From assembly GCF_009914755.1 (NCBI RefSeq), contig NC_060935.1: a DNA stretch of 64,000 nucleotides. The stretch is one strand, 5' to 3'. A model generated the notes under the pieces. That model did not search any database. It saw only the letters and a list, made by a program, of their open reading frames with translations, and had not been told where the DNA came from. The translations under genes and the position numbers were made by a program. This DNA comes from the human T2T-CHM13v2.0 reference genome, Homo sapiens. Positions 12,731 to 25,992 of the stretch are shown here, one piece after another. Every line of letters starts with the position of its first letter. Position 1 is the first letter of the stretch.

Positions 12731-13459
12731 TTACCATAACCTTTTCCTTCCCATGATATGTGGTGAAGGACAGGAAGCGGAGGGCTAAGGGACTAGAATT
12801 AACTGACAATTCCCCAACATACTATTGTCAACTTCAACCCTGAAGATGAGAACAGGTGTCTGCTCCTCTGAAACTGTATTCTTTTCCAGTTTTGAAAATT
12901 TCCCATTGGCTTGAAAAGTGATCCTCAAATTTTCAGAAAGGAATGAGATCGGGCATGTGAGGAAAGAGATCTATTTTCATACATGGGGCTTGTTTCACTT
13001 TGCAAGTTGTAGCCAAATTGCCTGAACTATTTTCATACTTGGATTTCAGACAACTTGCTGAGATCCATATTATCTGATTCAGGATGTCTTTGTGCAAAGT
13101 CTTTTGATTTTATCAGGTGCATTTCACTCCATCAAAGCCCAGGCTATTTGCCCTGGCGATGCCTTGAAAAACTGGGTTTGCAGTTTGAATCGGAGCTGGA
13201 GAAAGGCACTTCCACAGGTCGTGTAAGTCCACGTGCATAACGGCTCCTGATAGAGCATCCCTGGGGACTGATTTGGGGGACCATCTTTTATCTGATGCAA
13301 TGATCTTTTGGATTACATAGGCCCCCAAGTTCTAATGGCAAACCGAATTGTCACACTATCTTTTTCTTAAGTTAAGCTCACTGCTTGGAGTGACTTTATT
13401 AAATTAGATGTAGAGATTTCATTCAATAAGGGCAGGTAAATAAATGGATACTCAGCAAA

Positions 13460-13690
13460 GCATATGAAGTCAACAGAGCGCCTACCCTTTTCAGGAGAGC
13501 AGACTTTAAGGACAGACAAACTGAACTTAGAATTCTTCTTCTCCCCTTTCTAATGTGTGACAATGGGTGAACATTTCAACTACTATACAGCTTTGTCTCA
13601 TCAACAAAAATATAGGATTAATAATACCTTCCTGTGAGATTTACATGTAATAGCATTTGTGAAGCTCTAAGTACATTTCCTGGTATATAC
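13460..13690 (+). mobile_element. MIR SINE
   Basis: agagcagactttaaggacagac...tgtgtgacaatggg...ttaataataccttcctgtgagatt. Confidence 0.65.
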
Positions 13691-13911
13691 TGCCCCCACA
13701 CCCCAATCCCTATTTGGGAAAAAAGTAAGTTAACAAGAAATAAAGTGTTATTTTTATATCAAAACAAAGACATGCTTTATGCAGTAGATATCAAAATTTA
13801 CATGACATTTTAGCTTAAATAAAAGAAAAAAACAAATTTCAAGCTTGCAGCCATTGCTTTGAGCTAAGCCTCAAGACCTCTAGAGAGAGAGAGTTTTGTC
13901 TTTTGAAGGGA

Positions 13912-14019
13912 TTTGGTGGAAGAGTTCAAGTGCAGCTATGGTCCAGTCTTCCAACCTTTGGTGGATGAGTTCAAGTGCAGCTATGGTCCAGTCTTCCAAC
14001 CATTGATGGAAGAGTTTAA
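13912..14019. repeat. 45-bp tandem duplication (2.4 copies)
   Basis: tttggtgga(a/t)gagttcaagtgcagctatggtccagtcttccaacc at 13912-13956 and 13957-14001 (44/45 identical), partial third copy to 14019. Confidence 0.95.
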
Positions 14020-14459
14020 TTTGTGGCCTCTGATTCTGTTTACACATTTAGGTATCCTTTTCCTAGATAGAATGTTAAAATTGTCTCTATGAATAGTTAC
14101 ACAACCACTTCATTGAATCACAGGATTACACAGAACTCAAAGGAAGCTTTTATCACACCAGATGCATTTTACTCTACCTGCCACATGCCATAATGGGCTC
14201 AGATAAGTTCTGGAAATTGGTCTGCTGCTTGGCAAGAGACCCAGAGACAAGCATTTCCACAGGTAACCATAGTTCAGGCACGAGGTGGAACTTGTTTAGG
14301 GTCTAATGGCAGGAATAGATACAATGAAATTTGTGACAATCTCAGTGAAAATGTGCTTTCCACAGAATTTAGATGGGCTTTTGAGCCAGTCTCATATTAA
14401 TGTTAAGGGGCAGGGGACTCATAGGTGATCTCTTGGTCACACAAATGTTTGATATAATA

Positions 14460-14680
14460 ATTAAATGTGGAGACTCAGGAGTCTATGTTGGATTTCATAT
14501 TTTGGTTTGGAAATATTGGCAAGTTACTTAACCACTCTGAACCTCTGTTTCCTCCTCTGTAAGATAGGGCTTATATTAGTAGTTACTTCATCAGGCTGTG
14601 GTGAGGATGAGATAGGAGAAGAACAGAGCTCTCAGCATGGAGAGTGGTCCGTGACAAGCACTCAACAAATAGTAACATAC
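14460..14680 (+). mobile_element. MIR SINE
   Basis: ttggcaagttacttaaccactctgaacctctgtttcctcctctgtaaga...gtgaggatgagat...aagcactcaacaaatagtaac. Confidence 0.85.
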
Positions 14681-16699
14681 CTCCCCACACCCCCCAACTA
14701 CTAATACTTCACCTAACCATAACAACAACATATGGCTGATGGTATTCCTCCACATCTGCAGCACTCTGTACTCGTGTCTCACTTAAGATTCTTGTTGTAT
14801 TCTCCTTTGAACCAGTGGTGTCCATGTCCTGTCTTCTCCAAGCCACCTTGAGCACAGTGACCTCAGCCAATTTTTCACTGTGCACTTCCAGCACTGGGCT
14901 ATCCTGTTTGGGGACTCTGGACAAACCCCTTTTGCTACCTGTGTCCTCACCCCCAGACAAAGAGCACTTGGCCATGGCACTTCCTTTCTCTGGCCACCAG
15001 TTGCTTCTTAGTTGAACCTCTAGACCTAACACTTGATGCTGATGTAACAGATTATATCTCAGCCTTTCCAATTTAGGCAAAGCATGTTTTGAAATGTGAG
15101 TGAGAAATTGACTTTAGTTCTCTATTTTAGTATGGTTAGTGGTTTATACTTGTATCTGGGTCATTCAGTCCTGACTCATGGATACTTTTACTAAGATCAA
15201 ATCCACACCCAGATCACTCATGAATTTTTCTCTGCAGCCTGAGCCACAAGGCATGCACCAGATCTCAGCTCTGGCAGTAGCATTCAAGACAGGTTTCAGA
15301 AATGCCATTTCCTTCCTGTTGATGAGACGGGGCTGGTTTCTTGGGGAACTCCAGGCTGCCAGGACATCTCCGCAGCCCCTTTTCTATCATAAGAGTGGGC
15401 AGTTTGTGTCATGAGGAGTGAGAAGTGGAACCCTTAGCTCTATGTTCTGGCTAAAGATCCTCCTTTTCTTCTTTTTAGGGCCTGAGGAGGGAAGGAGGCG
15501 CCTGTAAAGCTGTGTTCTCTGTATAAAGCCCTTCACTTGGAGGAAAAAGAACCTGCACCTGGGCCTCTTTCTGGAACTCAAAGGTTAATCTCTGATGGAC
15601 TCACTAGGTCATCTGCAGGAAAGGTCCTGGCATGCAGCAGGAACTCAGAGAATGGCAGCTTTTAATGATCAGTGCTGATTCTCATTGGTAACCCTTCAAA
15701 GTTGAAATAATATTATAATTCAATTTTACACATAAGGAAAGGAAAGTGCATTTTAAACATTAATTATTATAAAAATACTTATCTCTACAATGATTACTTT
15801 TCAATGTTTGGAAACCAATCAGAACTAGTTTATACACATTTTGTATTCCTTTTCTTCAATAACAGTCACATGAAACTTAATAAATTAAGCATAGTTATTA
15901 GCAACAGACACTTCATTGCAACCAATGAGAAATTAGCAGAGAGTTCACCTATATGGGGTGCTGTCAGAATCCACCATGCACAATCCCTTTCAGGCGTGTG
16001 TGCTGCCCTGAGGGACTTCTGGCTGCTCAGGAGCTCAATCCTTATCAGTGTGGCTTTTCCAGCTTCTTCCATAAAAAGTAGTAAGTGACAAGCCTGCTGG
16101 GGCAGGAAACAGTTTTGCGCTAATGAGTTTGTGCTTCACTGACGCTTTCCCATTAAAATGATGTTAACTTTGCCCCCCCCCCGTTAATCATCCCAAAATC
16201 AGTTTATTAATTAACTCATTTTGGGAAATCGCAATTTAGTCAGATCTCTCCAGCTCATTAGCATGTTACCACGACAGAGAAAATAGATGTCATTGAAATC
16301 CCTCCTTGCATGTTTAGCTCACTGGGGCACTGAGTCTTCTTCAGTCTTGTTGGTTTGTTCTTCCATTAACTCATTTGACAAATAATTATTGTATATGTCC
16401 TAGGTGCCTGACTCTGCACTTGGCTTGGGGATAAGAGATGGCAGGCCCAGCCTCTGCCTCAAGAATATCAGACAGTTGGGGAAGCAAGATTTGTGAACTG
16501 TAAACAAGTGATAGGAGAGAAGAGCGTGGGCTGGTTTTGATTCTAGCACTTTTTAGACCCTTTATCTTTATACCAGGTGTTGTCTCAGAAGCTGGAATTG
16601 CCTTACAAAGTCACATCTGAGTCAGTGAAAACTGGCTAAATGCATTTGTCTAAGGAACTCTGAGGTTTTCCAGCCAAATCTCCAGTTGTATAATAATAT

Positions 16700-17070
16700 T
16701 ACAAACAATAAGAACTAATATTAATTGAATAATTACTGTGTTACAGGCACTGTCCTAACTGCTTTACACATAACTTATTTAATTAATAACAGTGCTTTAA
16801 TAACTTATTTAAACAATAATAATGTCCATGAGTTAGTAATTCATTTTGTCTTCATGATAGCCCTATAAGGTAGGAACTATTAGTATCTCCATTTACAGAT
16901 GAAGAAACTGAGGCATCTTGCATAGATCTGAATACCGGCAGTTTGACTCCAGAATCAGGTAAGAGAATGAGACCCAAGAAAGGAAGTGTCTTGTCCCAAG
17001 TCACATAGAGAGCAGTGAGAACAGAACTCAGCCCTCCCCAATGGCCAAATCAGCACTCTTTCTACCATTC
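16700..17070 (-). mobile_element. Two adjacent MIR SINEs
   Basis: gccctataaggtaggaactattagtatctccatttacagatgaagaaactgaggca; second core gagacccaagaaaggaagtgtcttgtcccaagtcaca. Confidence 0.8.
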
Positions 17071-17196
17071 CCTCCTATCTGTTTCTAGAAATTCCCACCT
17101 CTGGATCAGAGCACCATCTCCTGAAGGTTTCTCATAAAATGTAATACAAAGCCTGTGCTCTTTGGGGGTAGGGTCCAGAAATAAAGGTTTGTGGTA

Positions 17197-17570
17197 GATT
17201 TTTTTCTGGGGTCTCTATTCTGTCCCAATGATCTATGTGTCTGTTTTCATGACAGTACCATGCTGATTAGATTACTATATCTTTGTAGTATATTTTGAAG
17301 CCACGTGGTGAGATGCTTGAAGCTTTTTTTTTCCCTTTGGATATTTGGGGTCCTTTGTGGTTCCATACAAATTTTATAATTGTTATTTCTATTTTTGTGA
17401 AGAAAGTCATTGGTATTTTGGTGGATATTGCATTGAATCTGCAGACTGTTTGGGTAATATGAACATTTTAACAATATTATTCTTCCAATCCATGAACATG
17501 GAATATCTTTTTATTTATTTGTGTCCTTTTCAAATTCTTTAATTAATGTTTTATAGTTTTCATCGTAGAG
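17197..17570 (-). mobile_element. Old L1 (L1M/L1MB-type) ORF2 fragment
   Basis: ctctattctgtccc...gtaccatgctg...tggtattttggtggatattgcattgaatctg...cttccaatccatgaacatgga antisense L1 ORF2. Confidence 0.85.
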
Positions 17571-18769
17571 GAAGACTACCCTACTTACATCAGGTACCAT
17601 AAAAAGGTATGTGTAATGAGCCACTGAGGTTTGGGGGATATTTGTTATTGCAATAAAAGTTGACCTATTTTAATTAACTCAGATAAGTTCTATTGTAATC
17701 ATGTTTTACAGATTATAAAATCAAGGCCTACTGAGGTGAAAAAGCTAGTAAAGGGGCAGAATCAGGATCCAAACCGAGGTTGGCATGATGTCACGGCTTG
17801 TGGTTTTTATATTATATCACAATTATGAGATAAAGGGAGAGAGGTAAGACAGAGAAACAGCAAGGAACTACAAGACATGGATTACACTGTGTAACTTTGG
17901 GTAGGGCTCTTTAGCTCCCTGAGTTCTGTGTGCTGGCCTATGAAAGGGAAAGCTAAACATTTCTCACCCCCTCTTCCCATCATCTTTGGATGTTGGCCAA
18001 GAAATTGAGTGGTGGTGAGGAAAACAGCAGCGGACTAGGGGTCATGAGGTACCAAACAAGGCACCGTGATACCTATCAGGCCTTTGAGGGCTGATGAAAT
18101 GAAGGCTTTCTGTTAGGCTCCCACCTTAACATTTTCTTAAGAAACCAGTGATTCAGTAGCATCTTCTCCTTCCTTAGATATAAATGACATGTGGGATATT
18201 GACCCCATCCCCCAGCTGCAATTATGAAAACCCACTTGAGTGGCAAATTAATATGCAATTATGATTTTGGCAAGCATTCCAAGGAAAACCAAAAGGGCTT
18301 AATTGACTGGCACTTTCACATGTGCCCATCCCCAAACAAATGGCACAAAACACTTTCAGATGTGATCTGGCCCCTGAAAGCATAGGGGAGGCTTTTGTGA
18401 TCTCAGGAGGAGAAGGGTGCTGACATCTTAAATGTGGTGATGGGAATTCAACCCAACAAGTATTTGCTATTTGGGTTTGCTATGCTTCAGTGGGAAATCA
18501 CACCATTAAGAAACTTACAATGTAGAGGAGAGAACAGAAAAAAAATCCTACCACAATTAAAATAAAATGTCATAAGTCTTCCCCAGTGGGATTCTTTTGG
18601 ATCTAGTCAAAGGCTAGGGATTCAACCTATGTGGGGGAAGGTTGAGAAATTTGGGTCCAGCTCAGGGTTTTGAACTTGAGCTGGGCAGCATGGAAGGCAG
18701 AGGCAAGACTCAGGGATGAGCTGGTAGGAAGGCAGTTTGGGGCTCAACCCCAGCAAGCAATATGACTGT

Positions 18770-20165
<1,396 letters not shown>

Positions 20166-20234
20166 AAATAATGGGAATACAAAAAGAGAACCCCTGAGAA
20201 TGAATAAATTATAATAGTTATTAAACAGACAAAG

Positions 20235-20375
20235 ATAATGAAATCTTCATCACAGGGAGAACTCTGGAAGAAGCTAGTGGACTATACGTTGGGATGATGT
20301 GAAAGGGATTCCTGCTCTGGGTGGGAGGGAGTTTCATTTCCAGACATTTAAAATCCCATCTAGTTCTAAGAATCT
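20235..20375 (+). mobile_element. CR1/L3 3' fragment
   Basis: gggatgatgtgaaagggattcctgctctgggtgggagg...aatcccatctagttctaagaatct. Confidence 0.55.
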
Positions 20376-20379
20376 TTGG

Positions 20380-20870
20380 TTGGGTTAGAGGACAATGCAG
20401 GGTCACAGCAAATCAATGAAGGGGCGATGTTCGATGGGGTGGAGTGACTCAGGTAGAGGTGATTCCACAGTGAAGTCAGTGAGGGTAAGGCTACACACTC
20501 TCATATTTCATGAGCAGTAGTTCGCTGGTGGCCTTTAAAGGAGCGGCCTCAGCAGGTCTGTAGCAACAGAAACAGGATTGAAGGGAATGTAGGAATGAGG
20601 AGGGCAAAGGGGAAAGAGTAAGTTAAAGTCAGCAAGCTTTGGACTGGAAGGAAGGAAGGTGAGAGAAGGCTGCTAACTAGAGAGGGGGTAAGACAGAGGG
20701 AAGGTTAGGCTTGGCTAGACCTGAGAGTGTTTGTGGAAGGGGCACCCATGTGAGCAGATAATCTATTAAATGAGGTCTATGAGGGCCTGGGTTGGGTTAC
20801 AGTGCAAGGGAGGGGTGCTCGGGTCTGCCTTGTGGGGAGAGCCCTTGCTCCCTAAAACAGTAGGGTGGGA
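20380..20870 (-). mobile_element. L2 internal fragment
   Basis: agttcgctggtggcctttaa...aacaggattgaagggaatg...aagctttggactggaaggaagg. Confidence 0.5.
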
Positions 20871-20909
20871 AAATGTCAAGATCAAGGACTTTGGATGGTT
20901 TAGTCTTTG

Positions 20910-21375
20910 GAGATAAGCAGATCTTCAGTTTGGAACTCAAGTTACTAGCTCCGTGGTTTTACCTGTCCAAGCCTTAGTTGTACTCTTGTTAAGTGGAAAT
21001 ACTTAATTTCTCAGGCTTGTTGTATTAGGGAAAAATACTTAATTTCTCAAGCTTGGTGTATTATGGAAAAAACGCACACATTGTGTCTGGCCCACAGTTG
21101 TTACTGATTAAATGACAACTGTGGCTATTGCTTAAGAGGCAGCAGAGCATAGAGGAGAGGAGGTACGCTTTGGAATTAGACAGACTGGGGTTGACTGGAA
21201 TCCAGGACTCCACACTTAATATTTGATGACCATAGATATCCTACTTAAGGCTGTATTCTTCATCTATCAATTGGAGCTATGGACATAAGGCTGTTGGGAG
21301 GTTCAGGGATAATGTTTGGCAAGTACCATGCCTGGAACAAAGAAACTGCTTACTGCAAAGAAGCTGTTATTGTTT
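20910..21375 (+). mobile_element. Two tandem MIR SINEs (first carries a 36-bp internal duplication)
   Basis: MIR heads ctttggagataagcagatc and gaggcagcagagcatag...ctttggaattagacagactggg. Confidence 0.7.
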
Positions 21376-22421
21376 ATTTTTCTCATTGTCCTTTTCATAG
21401 GTGAGGTCATGGGATGACAGTCTTTGCAACAGATTAGGAACAGTCTGAGAGGTAAATAAACAGTTTTCCAAGTAGCAGAGAGGCCCTGCTCAATTAATAT
21501 GGTGTTCTCCGGCTGTTTCTGGCTTCCTGGAATTGGGATTGGAGAAGGGCGATAGAAGGTGGCAGTCAGAGTAAAGGAATAGGTACCCCTGACTGGACCA
21601 CCTAACTAAGCCTCTATTTGAGCATTTCTGTTTTGTAATTATTTTTTTGCATATCTGTGATATTTCATGGGAGAAGCAGGAAACAAATCCAGGTGGACCT
21701 ACAATTTGATCACTTGCTTGTTGGGTGATACTGGGCAAGGTGTTTTATGAGCTTCAGATTCCTATCTGTAAGATAGTAATAACTCCTACATCAGGATTCA
21801 ATAAGCATTCGTTGATACAGAGCTGGGCGTAGGGTGGATGCTCAGTACATACGAAGTTTGTTTCCCTTGGATGCTAATCAGGGCCCTTGTCTCATTCATC
21901 TCCCATTTCTCACAACCTACCATGAGAACTGACTCTAACAAAGCACATTTCATAAATAAATGGATAAATGAATGAACAAATGAACTAATGAACACTGGTG
22001 GGGGCAATGTCAAAATGGATGATCCTGCAAATATGGGTCCACTGCATGTAATAGAGCCATGTGGTTCTAGCCTCAGGAAGTACAGGACCTAAGAGACCTT
22101 TCTTCCTGCCATCAGAGATAGTGATAAAACAATAAATTACCTTACAGCCGACAGTAATTAGACAAGAGGGTTGTTTCAGTCTCTCTCTCTTTCAGCTCTC
22201 CAGGAACAATTATGGGGCTCCGAGGGCAGCCATTTCCTACCGCCCCTGCACCTATGTTAGTTCCTGCATTCATGGGCCTAATGGACCCAGAGTTGGGGGA
22301 GAAGGTACATGCAGGGCTAGTGCAGGGTTGGCTGTCACTGCCTACTCTGGAGATTTCAGGCTGACTGGAGGATGTGGGCAGGGTTCTGAGGCCCCTTTGC
22401 AACAAGTCCCATTCTTTCTCC

Positions 22422-22726
22422 TTTTTTTTTTTTTTTTTTTTTTTGAGACAGAGTCTCACTCTGCCACCCAGGCTGGGATGCAGTGGCACAATCTTAGCTC
22501 ACTGCAACCGCCTTCTCCCGGATTCAAGCGATTCTCATGCCTCAGCCCCCTAAATAGCTGGCATTACAGGTGTGTGCCACCATGCTCAGCTAATTTTTGT
22601 ATTTTTAGTAGAGATCTGGTTTCACCATGTTGGGCAGGCTGGTCTTGAACTCCTGACCTCGAGTGATCTGCCCACCCTGGCCTCCCAAAATGCTAGGATT
22701 ACAGGCATGAGCCACCGCGCCCAGCC
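22422..22726 (-). mobile_element. AluS (Sx/Sz-like)
   Basis: poly-T then gagacagagtctcactctg...ctcctgacctcgagtgatctgccc...gagccaccgcgcccagcc. Confidence 0.92.
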
Positions 22727-23920
22727 CTCATTCTCTTTCTTGTTCTTGGTTCTCTCTTCTATAAAGTGGGAAGTTTACGTTAAACGACTGACAATGCTCT
22801 TTCCAATTTTGAAATCTTATGCCTACATTGATCATTTTGAATCAAGTATTTAGCTTGACTTCAGGTTCAGGGATATCCACAAGAGTGAACGCCTGTGTAG
22901 GGTTTCTGAAGGTCCATTCTGTAGTCCCCACATACTTACAGATGCTGCACTAACTTTAAGATGCTCATTTGGTAATTAAGATTGCTTATGTAAGAGCTAA
23001 TTCTAAAAGGATCCTTCTAGTCTAGAGCTTACACTGGCTTTGTTATCATTCCTAAATACTTAAAGTCCCCTATTATCTATACATTCTGATTTACTGATTC
23101 TCATTGCTGATCTCTTCCTCAAGGCATTTGAGTTTGTGACTCTTGAAAGTCAAGACTTTTCATTTTATATACAAATCATTAACTCAGAAGGAGGGGATGT
23201 GACTTGTCCAAAGCCCCTCGGCTGAGAGTTCAACAAGAACTTCTGACTCAACCGTGAGCTGTTTTTTCCACAGCAATCTAGAGAGAGGTTCCAGTTCAAG
23301 GCCACAGGGAAGGGCAGTCCTTTGACATAAGCGTCTTAGGGGTGTCTGATAGTGGAGACTTCCCTGAAGCAGATTTTAAAGAGAAGAACAGATAAATGTT
23401 TCAGATGATATTGGCCTCAGTTTTCTCATTTATAAGAAGTACGGTGATCCTATTGTGCTCCCTGCCTTGAGGAGTTTTGAGGGTTTTAAGTGAAATAGTG
23501 CCTGAGAAGGAGACTATAGGTGTCAGGATATTATATAGCTACCTTTTCTCTGAGAATTTCCTGAATATGGGTGAGGGATTGACTGGGCCTTATTCTCCTG
23601 ATCTCCCAAATTGTAATAATCACATGCATTTTTGCTTTTTGTTCCACAAAAGTGAAAATTTGCATAAAAATGCATAAGAAGGCCTTGAGAGACTTGGGAG
23701 TGCCAAGGCCCAAGCCCTGAGGGCAACCTCAACACCTACCTTCCCTTCTGTGGTCCAAGTGTCTGAGGCCAGCTCCTGCTAGGATGGACCATGGACCTCA
23801 CCCAATTTCCCTGAGTTTGCATAATGCAAAAAAGCATTTACTTTAATAGTCCCACCCTCTCTAGGCTGAGATGTGTTTTCCTTTCCTGAAAATATCCCAG
23901 TGCGGATACATCACATTTCT

Positions 23921-24011
23921 GACAACATATTCTCTCACCCAACGGATCGGAATGATCATTTAAAAGCTCTGAGTGAAAGCTTGGGCTTCTGATTGATCCG
24001 ATAATATTGTC
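23921..24011 (+). other. Repeat-free CpG-retaining element with a predicted hairpin and C/D-like K-turn
   Basis: CGGATCGG 23943-23950 pairs with TTGATCCG 23993-24000; ATGATCA 23952-23958 faces CTGA 23989-23992; outer arms GACAA(CA)TATT / AATATTGTC. Confidence 0.3.
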
Positions 24012-24429
24012 TCATTCCCATTTTAAACTACCTGTTCCTTAAATTGCATATAAAAATACAGTCCATGCAATATTAATACACTAATGAATAATACACTAAC
24101 AATTTGAAGCATGCCAACCCACCCAAGGATTTTTCATCTCCTGCATGTTTCATCAGAGACACTTGGTATATACTGAATAATCGTTAGGATGATGAAAATG
24201 ATAATAATAATGAAATAAATATGGAGCAGTTTTACTATGGTGGGGAAAAACATGAAAGGTAATTTTCAATTATAAGTGAGAAATGGACACCTGTGATCCA
24301 CGGATCGGCCTCTGCTTTTGATGTATCACAGGTAAGGGCAGCTGCAGCTGCGTGTGAGGGTATGTATAACACAGTCTCATCTGTCTAGTGCTGTCAGAGA
24401 AGGTGTGATTGTACAAAAGTGGGATTTCT

Positions 24430-24725
24430 AGATATCAGAAGTGAAGTGGTTTGAGAGAAAAGGCATGGACTTTGGAGACAGCTGGCTCTGGATTCAAATG
24501 CTGGTTCCCCCACTTCCCTGCCCTGTGAGTTCTTTCTGCTTTTTATTTTCTATCTGGAAAAGAGGATAATAACTGCCCCACGGGATTATAGTGAAGATTA
24601 AATCAGATCATGTATATGAGAATGTCTGGGCCAGGGCCTGAAACCTGAGGGGTATCCACCAAATGATTTCCTTTCCCAAAGCACAGTGGACACTACCTGT
24701 AGTGGCTTCATAAATGTTAGTCCCT
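24430..24725 (+). mobile_element. MIR SINE
   Basis: ggcatggactttggagacagctggctctggattcaaatgctggttcc...gggattatagtgaagattaaatcagat. Confidence 0.8.
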
Positions 24726-25014
24726 TCCACCTATACCTTAATAAACTTTGAGGCAGCTCGCTCAAAAATTCACAGGCTTTTTCTTCTTATCTGTGGATTT
24801 GGGAATACACTCAGGCTACTGGAGTTTTGGGGTCCCAGATCTGCAAATCAGAGAGGTGTTATGGCACGTCTATATCCAATTATGGATGTGTAAGCATGGA
24901 TGGTATGCCAAATGCTCATCAGGAAGAAACAGTCTATAGGTGTATATAAGCTTTCTTTTAAACATGAAGGTTTATGGGGGAAATAATATCTATTATTTTT
25001 GGAAAAGCATTTTA

Positions 25015-25367
<353 letters not shown>

Positions 25368-25399
25368 TGAGTTTTTTCTTAAAATTGAAAATAGGTGCT

Positions 25400-25625
25400 T
25401 TTATTCGTTCATTCATTCATTCACTCATCAGTCCTTTACTGACTGTTGACAGTGAGCTAGTCACTATGCTGTAAACACTGAAGATGCAAAGACATGATCC
25501 AAGGGGATGACAGGCCCATGAACAGCGACTAGTTAAGTGGAATGAAAAATGCTAAAATGGGATACAAAACACTGTGGACATAGCGTACAGCCAGAACCAA
25601 GAAAAGTGGTAAGTGTTTCAGGGTA
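25400..25625 (-). mobile_element. L2 3' end
   Basis: ttcattcattcattcactcatcag...tttactgactg antisense L2 tail. Confidence 0.65.
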
Positions 25626-25634
25626 GTGGATATA

Positions 25635-25992
25635 CAGGTTGACTATCCCTTATCCCAAATGCTTAGGACCTAAAATGTTTTGGATTTTGGATTTTTCTGG
25701 ATTTGGAATATTTATGTATACATAATTAGATATCTTGGGGATGGGACTCAAATCTAAACATGAAATTCATTTATGTTTCATATATGCCTTAAATACATAG
25801 CCTGAAGATAATTGTATACAGTATTTTTAATAATTTTGTGCAGGAAACAATGTTTGACTGCACGTTGACTGCTGCTGTCACGTGAGGTCAGGTGTGGAAT
25901 TTTCCACTTATGGTGTTGTGTCAGCACTCAAAAAGTCTTAGATTTTGGAGCATTTTGAATTTCGGATTTCAAATTTAAGGATGCTCAACCTG
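25635..25992. mobile_element. Tigger4b (Zombi-type TcMar-Tigger MITE), full length
   Basis: TIRs CAGGTTGACTATCCCTTA / TAAGGATGCTCAACCTG, TA target duplications, 358 bp. Confidence 0.88.

Noticed and set aside
13912-14019. Palindromic direct repeats resembling a CRISPR array
   Set aside because: Copies are head-to-tail with no spacers, there are no cas genes, and the DNA is primate
22142-22853. 93-115 aa ORFs, and similar ones at 18920, 25185, 38626 and 58682
   Set aside because: Typical Alu-derived translations
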